DNA of 64,000 nt from a virus. The stretch is taken from positions 6,696 through 70,695 of the IMG/VR virus record IMGVR_UViG_3300028536_000016; one strand, written 5' to 3'. This document shows positions 18,818 to 27,771 of this stretch, piece after piece; the stretch's first letter is position 1, and the number at the start of each line of letters is the position of its first letter. Position numbers and translations under genes: made by a program. Below the pieces are notes generated by a model. The model was not told the DNA's origin and did no database searches. It saw only the letters and a list, made by a program, of their open reading frames with translations.

Positions 18818-19924
18818 TTAAAGGCCAGTGAAACCTTGAGCGTTGAAATAAACAGCGCCCGTGATAGAGGCCGTCAGAGTTACGACTTCCATTAATGTGT
18901 TAGCGGTGCCTTTAAGTGGCACTGGAAAAACCACAGATTCACCGCCAGTAATGCCACCCGTTCCGATCTTACCACGCCATAGTACCGTGCCGGCAGCACC
19001 ATCACGAACAGCGATCTCGGTCGCGGCACCAAGCGCATCGGAGAATATCTGAACGCCGGTTATGTAGTTACGAAGCGAGCCCCCGGCAGCGGATGCGATT
19101 GTCACCGCCGTCGTTGTGTTGCTGATACCACCCGATGCTGCTGCGTATTGCCAGCGGCTACTCGTCAACGCGAGTTGAGTAACAACCCCGCTGGCATTGC
19201 CTGGCATGGGCTGGCCAGCGCCAGCACTGTCCAAAACATAATTGTATGAATAGACAAATGGAGCGTTTTTAGTACTGCCTGTTCCAGAAGCCCAAGAAGT
19301 GCCTGTAGAAACCCCTGCGCTGCCTATGGATAGCTGTACTGCGATTGGATTGGATAAAGACTGCTCACCCGCAGCAAGTCCCTTGAGAGGGACCGGATTG
19401 GTAATGGTCGCCAATGTACCGGATGCTTGAAGGGGCGATCCAAGAGCCGTGATGATCGTCGATTGATTGGCAGCGGTGGCAGCACCCGAAGGCAATGGCA
19501 GTGCGCCACCGGCTTGGTATGGCGAACCGAGCGCAGTCAGCAACGAATCCTGCTTGGCAGACGTGGAGGCGCCGGACGGAAGGGGAAGGGCCCCGCCCGC
19601 CTGATATGGACTGCCCAGCGTCGTGTTGATCGTAACCAGCCGGCCGTTGACGGTATTGACACCGGGAGATGCGCCCGTGCCGAGGTCGATGATCGAGCCT
19701 AGCGCGTAGCTGTTCGCCGCAGCTGTGACGGCACCCCCGCCGCCTCCACCACCACCAGCCGCCACATAGGCACCAGTCTCATCGACAAGGATCGATGGCA
19801 CGGCGCCTTTGATCAGCCCCGCCTGATCACGGATTACCGGCACCACGACGGTCTGTTGAGCGGCAAGCGAACTAGCCGCCATCAGAAGAAATGCGAGAAG
19901 CCCAAACTTGGATCGAAACGTCAT
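18818..19924 (-). CDS. Fibre-like protein with Sec signal peptide and 29-aa repeats
   Basis: MTFRSKFGLLAFLLMAASSLAA|QQ; LGSPYQAGGALPLPSGA repeats. Confidence 0.75.
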   Translation of the reverse strand: MTFRSKFGLLAFLLMAASSLAAQQTVVVPVIRDQAGLIKGAVPSILVDETGAYVAAGGGGGGGGAVTAAANSYALGSIIDLGTGASPGVNTVNGRLVTINTTLGSPYQAGGALPLPSGASTSAKQDSLLTALGSPYQAGGALPLPSGAATAANQSTIITALGSPLQASGTLATITNPVPLKGLAAGEQSLSNPIAVQLSIGSAGVSTGTSWASGTGSTKNAPFVYSYNYVLDSAGAGQPMPGNASGVVTQLALTSSRWQYAAASGGISNTTTAVTIASAAGGSLRNYITGVQIFSDALGAATEIAVRDGAAGTVLWRGKIGTGGITGGESVVFPVPLKGTANTLMEVVTLTASITGAVYFNAQGFTGL

Positions 19925-19953
19925 GGATAATCTCCAAATTCGGGCGAAGGCGA

Positions 19954-20145
19954 TTAGCTGCTGGCGGTGCCTTCGGAGGCATTATACTGCGCATCCGCCT
20001 GCGCGTTGGCATCGTCCAGCATCTTCTGAAGCGTTGCCTGATCGCTGGTCCCGAATGCGGCCTTCACCTCATTGAAGAGCGCGATAAAGGCCGGGGTTTC
20101 GGTGCCCGCCAGTTGCAGGATGGCGAGGATGGCGGCGAGGTCCAT
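19954..20145 (-). CDS. Small lysis-cassette protein
   Basis: Follows the lipoprotein in the lysis cassette. Confidence 0.55.
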   Translation of the reverse strand: MDLAAILAILQLAGTETPAFIALFNEVKAAFGTSDQATLQKMLDDANAQADAQYNASEGTASS

Positions 20146-20146
20146 G

Positions 20147-20470
20147 TCAATTCCCCTTGATGGCGTAGATGGCCGCAATCGCGATGGCGAGGTTCGCGGT
20201 TGCAGTCGCGATATCGGCCGTCGTGCCAGCGGTCTGCGCGGCCCGCAGCGCCGTCAGGGCGAGATAGGCCTTGCGGTTGAGATCGTGATAGGTGACGGCG
20301 TCGAGCTTGCCGAGCGTGACCAGATCCTGCCCCGCCTTGGAGGCCGCGATATAAGAGTTATCCCATCCGATCACGACCTGCATGCTCGTGGTCTTGATGC
20401 TGCCGGTGGTCTGGCAGGCCCCCAGCGAGAGGGCGACGGTGATCGGGATGCAGGATTTCAGGAGCCGCAT
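20147..20470 (-). CDS. Lipoprotein, spanin-like
   Basis: LSLGA-C lipobox, helical body, hydrophobic C-terminus. Confidence 0.65.
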   Translation of the reverse strand: MRLLKSCIPITVALSLGACQTTGSIKTTSMQVVIGWDNSYIAASKAGQDLVTLGKLDAVTYHDLNRKAYLALTALRAAQTAGTTADIATATANLAIAIAAIYAIKGN

Positions 20471-20479
20471 GGTATTTTC

Positions 20480-20785
20480 CTATTTCGGGGTCACGACCGC
20501 GACACTGTTGGGTGCCTCTTCCGCGATCGTGACGATAGTTGCCTTGTCCTTGCGGGCCTTCCACTGGCGGTAGGCGAAGGTGCCGATCGTGATGCAGGCT
20601 GCAACGAAGGGCACGGCAGCGTTGCTCTGAAGCCAGTCGATCGCGCCGGCCAGATCATGCTTCGAGAGATATCCCAACAGCGCCGTTCCGCCCGAGAGCA
20701 GAATCGCGACATCGCGCAGGCCCGTATAGACCTGCGACGTGACGGGCGAGGGATTGATCTGGATAGGACCGGAATCAGCCATCAT
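20480..20785 (-). CDS. Holin
   Basis: Two hydrophobic segments plus basic tail; next to endolysin. Confidence 0.7.
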   Translation of the reverse strand: MMADSGPIQINPSPVTSQVYTGLRDVAILLSGGTALLGYLSKHDLAGAIDWLQSNAAVPFVAACITIGTFAYRQWKARKDKATIVTIAEEAPNSVAVVTPK

Positions 20786-21345
20786 GCCACCCCCAAGATT
20801 TGCTTCAGCGTCGGAATGACATCAACCATCGTGCCCCCCACTGGTTTGTAGCTGGGCGCGCTTGCGGTGAAGACCCTCGTCCGCAAGTCGCTCGGCCACA
20901 CACCGTCAAAAAACAAGTCCCGCTCACGTGTGGCGCGGTTCACTTCAGCCCCGTGATCCGTCCACTGCATATAGAGCGTTTTAGCGGACTTGAGGTCTCC
21001 CGACAAGAACGCCTCCACCCACTTGGCATGGCCCTCCTGTGCGGGTCCGTTGCGCCAGCTAAAGGACAGTGCGGCGGCCAGTTGGTTCTCTGTCAGGACG
21101 TGTCCGGGGAAGGCCGCGAGGGTTGGCGGCAGGAATGTCCGGCGCATCATGTCGATGGTGGCGATCAGGCATGTCCGCAGTGTCTGGGGCTTGTCCTTAT
21201 AGAGCGCCTTCACGTCCACGCCGCTCGTTTGGGCGATTCCTCCTGCCCACGTCCAATAGCCGGCTGAATCCAAATATGCTGATAATCCAATGGCTTCCTC
21301 TGTCAAAACAAAAGCAATGACGCGAGGCGTGAGGATCATAGTCAT
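20782..21345 (-). CDS. Endolysin, GH24 lysozyme-like
   Basis: EEAIGLSAYLDSAGYWTW, QLAAALSF, RATRERDLF. Confidence 0.85.
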   Translation of the reverse strand: MTMILTPRVIAFVLTEEAIGLSAYLDSAGYWTWAGGIAQTSGVDVKALYKDKPQTLRTCLIATIDMMRRTFLPPTLAAFPGHVLTENQLAAALSFSWRNGPAQEGHAKWVEAFLSGDLKSAKTLYMQWTDHGAEVNRATRERDLFFDGVWPSDLRTRVFTASAPSYKPVGGTMVDVIPTLKQILGVA

Positions 21346-22595
21346 GCATATTCTCGCACGATCACGATGCCGTTTGCCCCGGTTCCGCCAGCCTGCGCTG
21401 TCGCAGAATTCTGTCCGACTGCACCGCTGGCGCCGCCGCCTGGGCCCTGACCATTCTGGCCGTTCGCTGTTCCAGCAATCGCTGGGCCTCCGCCGCCAAG
21501 TGTGGAGTTGCCGCCCGAACCGCTGACGAGATTGGTTGAACCAAAGGCAATCGCCGATCCGCCGGCTCCGCCGATACTATTGAAGATAGAGCCTCCGCTT
21601 GCTGTCCCACCCCCGCCACCAAGTTGCGTTGATGCAATGGCGGCAGCATTGGCGAAAGAACCGCCTGCGCCACCATTGGCCGCTACAGAGCCAAAGGACG
21701 TTGCGGAGCCCGCACTGCCATTCGCAGCGCCCGTGCCGCCTGCACCGCCAGCCCCGATCGTCACGGCCACGCTGCTGAAGCCCGTGGTGAGGCGCGAGAC
21801 GGAAGTGCCACCCGCGCCGCCGCCGCCGGCTGCTGCGAACTGGCTGGCCGACATAGCCGCAGACCCGCCGCCGCCGCCGCCGCCGCCCACTGCTGTGACC
21901 TCGATCGAGGTGGTGCCGGCCGTGGGTGTGTAGGTTCCGGAACTCGTGAATACGCGCAGCGCGATCAGACCACCGCTTGGACCGGCGGCACTCAGTAGCT
22001 CAAAGTTTGTCCCATCCCAGACGACCTCGAATATCTGGCTCGCTGGCAATTTCCCAGCCGGGATCGCGGCCCCGTTGATCGTCACGGCATGGACGCCAAG
22101 ACCATTCACGTTGATCGTATATGCCCCCGTGTTTGCGGCACCTCCCTTGAAGATGCGGATCGGGGATAGAAGCAGTGAGGATAATCCCGCCGGCACAGGT
22201 GCTAGCGTGACCACGCCCGCATTGGCGGTCCCACTATCGGTCGCGGAATTGCCAAACTGGGACTGGATATCCGTGATGGATGCAACGCCATTATACCACG
22301 CCGCCGTGGGATAGTTGGCGAATGTATCCCCCACCGCCCACGCCTGCGCGGTCGTGCCTTCGCGGCCTCGCACAACCGTCATGGTATCGCCGGAACGTGC
22401 TGTGCAATATACGATCTCATTCGGCGTACCAGTCGTACTGCCGGCCGCCCATAGGGTTGCGCTGAAGAACTGGCCGCCAGTCGGATTGGGGAATTCACTG
22501 CCGGTGCCGCTCGCGACCGTGATGGTGGTCGTGCCCGATGATGCGGACGAACCTAGCGTCGTAGTGGCGTTATTGGAGAACTGTTCAGTGCTCAT
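21342..22595 (-). CDS. Tail fibre with glycine-rich C-terminal domain
   Basis: NEIVYCTARSGDTMTVVRGREGT N-terminus; FTSSGTYTP..GGGGGG..GIVIVREY. Confidence 0.85.
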   Translation of the reverse strand: MSTEQFSNNATTTLGSSASSGTTTITVASGTGSEFPNPTGGQFFSATLWAAGSTTGTPNEIVYCTARSGDTMTVVRGREGTTAQAWAVGDTFANYPTAAWYNGVASITDIQSQFGNSATDSGTANAGVVTLAPVPAGLSSLLLSPIRIFKGGAANTGAYTINVNGLGVHAVTINGAAIPAGKLPASQIFEVVWDGTNFELLSAAGPSGGLIALRVFTSSGTYTPTAGTTSIEVTAVGGGGGGGGSAAMSASQFAAAGGGGAGGTSVSRLTTGFSSVAVTIGAGGAGGTGAANGSAGSATSFGSVAANGGAGGSFANAAAIASTQLGGGGGTASGGSIFNSIGGAGGSAIAFGSTNLVSGSGGNSTLGGGGPAIAGTANGQNGQGPGGGASGAVGQNSATAQAGGTGANGIVIVREYA

Positions 22596-22610
22596 GATTG
22601 CCTCGCTTGG

Positions 22611-23264
22611 TCACACCAACGTGATCGTGAAAATTATCTGGGTAGGCAGCTCTATTGCGCCGGTTTCGACGGCGGCCTTGAATATTTGCGATGATGTGGA
22701 AGTGGGCAAAGTTACCGTCCACGCCTTGAATCCGGTCGGCGCAAACGAAATATCGAATGTCGTATCGTTGACGACATTCGTGCCATTGACGCCATTCAGG
22801 AAGCGGTTGATCCGACGCTTGAGCCATCGCGGCGTGAAGGTCTTGCCGTCACCTTTATAGAAGGCCCATGTCATAACCCGCCTGAAGGTATCATCATTCG
22901 TCGCCGTGAAGGTCTCGGGCAGGCCCGGCCGATAGCCATTGACCTGAAGGGCGTTGACCGGAAAACTATTGACCGGCCCTTCAGGGGGACTGCCGATGCT
23001 GGTGGGAAGCCCCGGACGGATGATCCCATAGAGGCCAGCCGCCACCCAATCGAGCAGCGGACCCTGCACGGGATCGGTCGTGTAGATGGGCAGATTCAGG
23101 GCATTGAACCAGTCCACATAGGCCTGCGCATAGATGTTGTAGGCGGTGAAGAATGCCGAAACTTCGTCGTCATATTGGTATGTCGTGTACGGATACGAGG
23201 GAATCACGTTCTGGATCGACGTAGGGCCGGTGGGCGGCCAAACGGTGGTGATTCCGGCGGTCAT
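22611..23264 (-). CDS. Baseplate wedge protein (DUF2612-like)
   Basis: LLDWVAAGLYG, DDTFRRVMTW..YKGDG; downstream of baseplate J. Confidence 0.75.
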   Translation of the reverse strand: MTAGITTVWPPTGPTSIQNVIPSYPYTTYQYDDEVSAFFTAYNIYAQAYVDWFNALNLPIYTTDPVQGPLLDWVAAGLYGIIRPGLPTSIGSPPEGPVNSFPVNALQVNGYRPGLPETFTATNDDTFRRVMTWAFYKGDGKTFTPRWLKRRINRFLNGVNGTNVVNDTTFDISFAPTGFKAWTVTLPTSTSSQIFKAAVETGAIELPTQIIFTITLV

Positions 23265-24700
23265 ATCTGTGTGATCGTCACGGCGCTGGCCGTGATGTTG
23301 AACGAGCTTTCGGGATCACCATGAATAAGCGATGTGCCCGCATCCGGCGCCGTCGAGACGCCGTTGATGCTGATGGTCCAATCCAGCGCACTAATCAGCG
23401 AGGCATTGCCGCCGAACAGCGCCAGCACAGCCTGGATGAAGACTGCATCCATGGCGAGCAGATTGATGGGCGCCCCGACCGGAATGGCATTGACATAGTT
23501 GACCAACGCTACCGTACCGAGCTGCGATACCGCCGTGTCGGAAACGAAGTTCGGGCTGATGCTGTTCCACGCAAGCTGGATGATGACCGTCTGGCTCGGC
23601 GGGTTCACGTAGGGGATCGTGTAGGTATCAGGATAATCGCTCAGACTCACCGAGATATTGCGGGCGTTGGGGGTAACGATGCCGCCCGAGGTATAGGTTC
23701 CGAAGCCCGTGGTATCGACACCGAAGCTGAAATGTCTCTCATCGATCACCGTGACCGTGTAGGGACCGCCATTAGCCGCCGTCATGCCCAGCACGCCCGC
23801 GATATGGACATTGGTCTGGCCGGTCACGAGGCCGTGGTTGAGGTTGGTCGCCACAACACCCGGATTGGCTTTCGTGATCGCGGTAATGCCGATGGTCGAT
23901 CCCACCAGCGTCGAGATATCGAGGCCGCTGCTGTAGATGGCATTCGCGATAGCGTAGGGATCGCCGCCGCCGCAGATCACTTCCCAGCCGCCGCCATTGA
24001 TCTGACGGACGGATATCAGGCGCGGCTGCACACCCGGAATGCGGGATAACAGCGTCTTGGCCATGCTGGCATTGCCTTGACCCGAGACCAGACCGGCCTG
24101 CAACACCTGTGCGGCATATTGCTCCTGCGTCTGCGGGCCGGCGCTCGGAGTGCCCACCTGCGGGTTCGTGACCGTCAGCGTGATGCCGGGACGGATGCTC
24201 GATATGATCGTCGTGACACTATTGGCTGGGACGGCAAAGCTGCCAGATAGGGTGGCGACACAGAATAGGGGAGCGGAATTGCCGTCCGTTTCGATTACGC
24301 CTCCATCTTGGACTGCATATTGGTTCGTCCCATCGGACACCAGATAACCGATAGGTATTTGCACACCTGGGGTATTGGATGAGAATACCACGAACACAGA
24401 TGTGTTGGCCGTTAGACCCGGCTGAACACCATAGATATTGCCAAGTTCTTGAAGGACATATGGATTGGCCGCGAAGGGCGTGAGCGAGTTGATGGTCTCA
24501 ACGGCGGCGCTATCGATCAGCGCAATGGCATAGGTGGCCGTGCTGGCGAGATCCTCGATGAGACCGGCGGGCAAAATTGTATATCCCGGCACAAGTGCGG
24601 CCACGGTCGTAATTAAATTCGACCATAGTGTAACAGGTGGCGTCTGCTGCGCCCCCGTTGCCCCAACCGTGATTCCGATCGTGATCGTTGGATCAGCCAT
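23261..24700 (-). CDS. Baseplate J-like protein with inserted FCCH-like beta domain
   Basis: LIEDLAST, VICGGGDPYAIA; insert ITAITKANPGVV..HGL. Confidence 0.85.
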   Translation of the reverse strand: MADPTITIGITVGATGAQQTPPVTLWSNLITTVAALVPGYTILPAGLIEDLASTATYAIALIDSAAVETINSLTPFAANPYVLQELGNIYGVQPGLTANTSVFVVFSSNTPGVQIPIGYLVSDGTNQYAVQDGGVIETDGNSAPLFCVATLSGSFAVPANSVTTIISSIRPGITLTVTNPQVGTPSAGPQTQEQYAAQVLQAGLVSGQGNASMAKTLLSRIPGVQPRLISVRQINGGGWEVICGGGDPYAIANAIYSSGLDISTLVGSTIGITAITKANPGVVATNLNHGLVTGQTNVHIAGVLGMTAANGGPYTVTVIDERHFSFGVDTTGFGTYTSGGIVTPNARNISVSLSDYPDTYTIPYVNPPSQTVIIQLAWNSISPNFVSDTAVSQLGTVALVNYVNAIPVGAPINLLAMDAVFIQAVLALFGGNASLISALDWTISINGVSTAPDAGTSLIHGDPESSFNITASAVTITQI

Positions 24701-24706
24701 TTTTGT

Positions 24707-25138
24707 TCATATCGGTACTGGATCCATTAAAATGCTCCCTGGGTTCGCCGTCGCGTTAATGGCATATTTCGGTTCGGTTGCCGATAGCTTGGTGACGATC
24801 AGCGCGATGAAGTAGGCGGCGAATAGCTGTTGGGTCACGGTCACATAATAATCCGGCAACACCTGCGTCACCACGCTCTGCTGAGCCGGGATGCCATAAT
24901 TACCGAACATGGGACTTTCATTCAGGCCGAGCTGCAGCACCTGCGCCAACGTGGTGAGCCACACAGCATCATTATAGCCGTTCGCGTCAGTCGAGACCTC
25001 AACCCAAACATAATCCTCCGGGCTGTTGCCGATGGGGCTCAGGCCAATCTCAAAGGACCCGATCGCACTGCTGTACGGGTTGTTTGAGCCTTTCGGTACG
25101 CGCCCCCAGGTCCTAATGGCGTGTCTCCCCCATCTCAA
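24707..25138 (-). CDS. Baseplate protein (start uncertain)
   Basis: RTWGR, LTTLAQVL.L..NESP..NYGIPA. Confidence 0.7.
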   Translation of the reverse strand: MRWGRHAIRTWGRVPKGSNNPYSSAIGSFEIGLSPIGNSPEDYVWVEVSTDANGYNDAVWLTTLAQVLQLGLNESPMFGNYGIPAQQSVVTQVLPDYYVTVTQQLFAAYFIALIVTKLSATEPKYAINATANPGSILMDPVPI

Positions 25139-25695
25139 TCCGCCAATCCAAGGAGGATGATATAGGATCGCATCGCATTCGCCAATGTGATCACTGTAGG
25201 CAGATCCGTGGCGGCGGGAGGCAGCGTGGCTTTCGATACTTTGGGTGCACCGAAAAAGCCAAGTTTGTCTGGTGTGGCCGTAATGTTGCGATAGATCGTA
25301 TAGGCTTCGGGATCAAGGAACTCCTCATCGGCGTGGCCGAGCCAGAAAAACGTCATGGCGGAGAGATTGCCGACTGTATCCTGAAGGTTCGGGGTGCCGC
25401 CACCTAGGCCCGTCAATGCGCCGGTTCGCAACCCAGCCGACAGCGCCACGCCCTTATCCCCGACCTGGATCGGCAACTGCACATAGGGGTCTTTGCTGAC
25501 CGGCATCTTGATCTGGGGGAGCGTAAAAGGTGTGGTCGCGACCTCGAAGTTCACCAGCACGATGCCGGGCGAGATAACCTGCGCGACCGTGCAGGGCAGG
25601 CCCTTGCCGAGCATCTGCGTGGCATCGCGCGCCTTTGCGGCACCGAATTTATTAAGGCTCTGAGCGAGCGGAGTCTTTTGTTCATTGCTGCTCAC
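25135..25695 (-). CDS. Baseplate spike / Gp138-like protein
   Basis: LPCTV, PIQVGDKG, LTGLGGG. Confidence 0.75.
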   Translation of the reverse strand: MSSNEQKTPLAQSLNKFGAAKARDATQMLGKGLPCTVAQVISPGIVLVNFEVATTPFTLPQIKMPVSKDPYVQLPIQVGDKGVALSAGLRTGALTGLGGGTPNLQDTVGNLSAMTFFWLGHADEEFLDPEAYTIYRNITATPDKLGFFGAPKVSKATLPPAATDLPTVITLANAMRSYIILLGLAD

Positions 25696-26732
25696 GCCGA
25701 TGAATTTTCCACAGAGGTAGCGGCCGGCGAGGCGCCATTGCTGAACGCCTGAAAGGTGCTGATCCAGCTCTGTGCATCGGGTGCGCGTGAGTTGCCGACG
25801 TGACGCATGTAGCGGACTGTCCAATTGCCCGCGAAGGTATTCTTAGCTCGCGCGTTGCTCTGGCTTTGCTGGCCGGTCACGGCTTGTAGACCGGCCAGTT
25901 GTGGAAGCGTGATGATCGATCCCACCTGCAAATCGGAGCGCATCACAGTGCTGAAGGAGATCGTGAAGGCGTCCAGCCACGTCACCTGTCCGACCAGGTC
26001 CTGTTCCGCGATCGTTATGCCGGGCGCCGTACTCGCCGCCGTGCTGTCGAAAACCTTCAAGGTGTCATTGGCGAGCGTGATACTGACGCCCGAATAATCA
26101 CCGCCGAGGATGTCCTGGCTCACGCCTTTCACATAGGCGGAGAATTGCTCGATCGTCTGATAGACCCCATGTTCATCCTGCGTCAGCACGAGGTTGGGAC
26201 TGATGTTGACGCTGACCTTGTATTTCTTGTCCTGATAGGCCGTCTGCAAAACCTGCGTCACTACATCGCCCAGCTTCTGACCCTGCTTCCACGTGAAGGC
26301 CAGATTGGCTGGCTGTGACTGTGTGGCGCCCCCATCGGTGATGACCACAAAGTCCAATGTCTGATTGACGCCCTGCCAATTGCCAAATGCCTGATAAATC
26401 TGGCCCTTGAGCAACAGTCCCGATTGGGATGCCGCTGCCGTGGCGAGAGGAAGACCGGCTTGCATACCGCCATAGACGCTAATCGGCGCGCCATTGAAAT
26501 CCGAAGCCTGTCCGATCTGGGCCTTGGCTGGCCCCCAGATGCGCACGAAGGCCTGACCAGACGGGGCATCGAAAGCCACGACAGGGATATCGAACTCAAC
26601 CATCTGGGCACCGAGATCCGCCTTGCCGTTGACGAGATTGGTCCATGTCGCACCAGCATTATTGCTCGGGCTTGATCCGCCGATCGGTGTGGCCACTTCT
26701 GGCCCTACGGTGATGCGATAGAAGCGTGACAT
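25692..26732 (-). CDS. Baseplate hub protein
   Basis: GGM..GLPLA, FGNWQG, RHVGNSR.PD..SW. Confidence 0.78.
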   Translation of the reverse strand: MSRFYRITVGPEVATPIGGSSPSNNAGATWTNLVNGKADLGAQMVEFDIPVVAFDAPSGQAFVRIWGPAKAQIGQASDFNGAPISVYGGMQAGLPLATAAASQSGLLLKGQIYQAFGNWQGVNQTLDFVVITDGGATQSQPANLAFTWKQGQKLGDVVTQVLQTAYQDKKYKVSVNISPNLVLTQDEHGVYQTIEQFSAYVKGVSQDILGGDYSGVSITLANDTLKVFDSTAASTAPGITIAEQDLVGQVTWLDAFTISFSTVMRSDLQVGSIITLPQLAGLQAVTGQQSQSNARAKNTFAGNWTVRYMRHVGNSRAPDAQSWISTFQAFSNGASPAATSVENSSA

Positions 26733-27004
26733 CAGGGCGCAACGATGAAGTTATTGGAATCGGCCCTGAAGATCATTGTGCTGGTGGTGAAATATCCCTT
26801 GATCAGGTCAATATCATAATCCGGCGGACTCCCGCGCAGAGGCTTCTGAAGCACCAGCGTTCCACCCAACGTATAGACATTAACCACCCAGCGCTGCCCG
26901 AACAGGTTCCAGGTCACGATGACATTATATTGCTGGCCATCCAGCGTCGGCAGGAAGCTGAAGTTCTGATTGATCGTCGGGGTGAATTGGGTGAGTGTCG
27001 CCAT
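26732..27004 (-). CDS. Small baseplate protein
   Basis: LDGQQYNVIVTWN..QRW. Confidence 0.7.
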   Translation of the reverse strand: MATLTQFTPTINQNFSFLPTLDGQQYNVIVTWNLFGQRWVVNVYTLGGTLVLQKPLRGSPPDYDIDLIKGYFTTSTMIFRADSNNFIVAP

Positions 27005-27005
27005 C

Positions 27006-27770
27006 TCAATTCCCCGGCGTAATCGGACTGACCGATGACAGATTGGTGGTGCCGATCGGTGTGGTAGTGGAGGCAACATTCGATCCCTGCGGACCACTGG
27101 CTGCTGGCACGGTATTCTGGACGATGTTGGAAGATGGACTCGATATGCCGGTCTGGATAGGCTTGGATCCCGGCGGATCGCCAGCATTCTGGGTCTGCCC
27201 GGAAATCTTGGACATCACCTGATTCTGTGCCGCCTGTGCCGCCGCGAGCGTGATCAGGGGCTGTTCGAAATTCCAGATCCAACGTTCTTGCGGCTGAGAA
27301 CCCGTGCCTTCCTCTGATCCATCTACCAAGGTTACGAGCAGGCATCCCTGATAGATGTAGCTCGGGGTCGAAACATTGTAATAGCCGCCCTGCGCGGTGT
27401 GGCTGTCCAGCGTGCCCTTGAGCGCCGTCATGATGGACTGCCGCTGGCTAAAAGTAATCTCGTCATTGGCCGGCACCAGCATTTCGAGGCTGACCCGCAA
27501 CGGATTAGTGATGATCGCATTCGCAGCCACGCTCTGATTGGCGAGCGGATAATGAGCCGTTTCATTGTCCATGAGAGTACCGCCGCCCAGCACTCGGAAA
27601 TGTCCAAAGGTATCGGCAATCTGAGCCGCATCCGAGCTGCTGAGGACGCCTGCCGAATAGTTCCTGGAATCCAGCAATGACACAATGGGCAGCATGCCCG
27701 TGCCGGCAATGCCGCCAACCAAGATGATGGGCGAGACCTCATAGCTGAGTTGGAAATCACTGCGTGCCAT
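27006..27770 (-). CDS. Tail tube initiator/baseplate protein
   Basis: YPLANQSVAANA, GGYYNVSTPSY, WNFEQPL; follows tape measure. Confidence 0.72.
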   Translation of the reverse strand: MARSDFQLSYEVSPIILVGGIAGTGMLPIVSLLDSRNYSAGVLSSSDAAQIADTFGHFRVLGGGTLMDNETAHYPLANQSVAANAIITNPLRVSLEMLVPANDEITFSQRQSIMTALKGTLDSHTAQGGYYNVSTPSYIYQGCLLVTLVDGSEEGTGSQPQERWIWNFEQPLITLAAAQAAQNQVMSKISGQTQNAGDPPGSKPIQTGISSPSSNIVQNTVPAASGPQGSNVASTTTPIGTTNLSSVSPITPGN

Positions 27771-27771
27771 A

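Noticed and set aside
21810-21890. (GCC)n runs
   Set aside because: Encode poly-Gly of the tail fibre's glycine-rich domain
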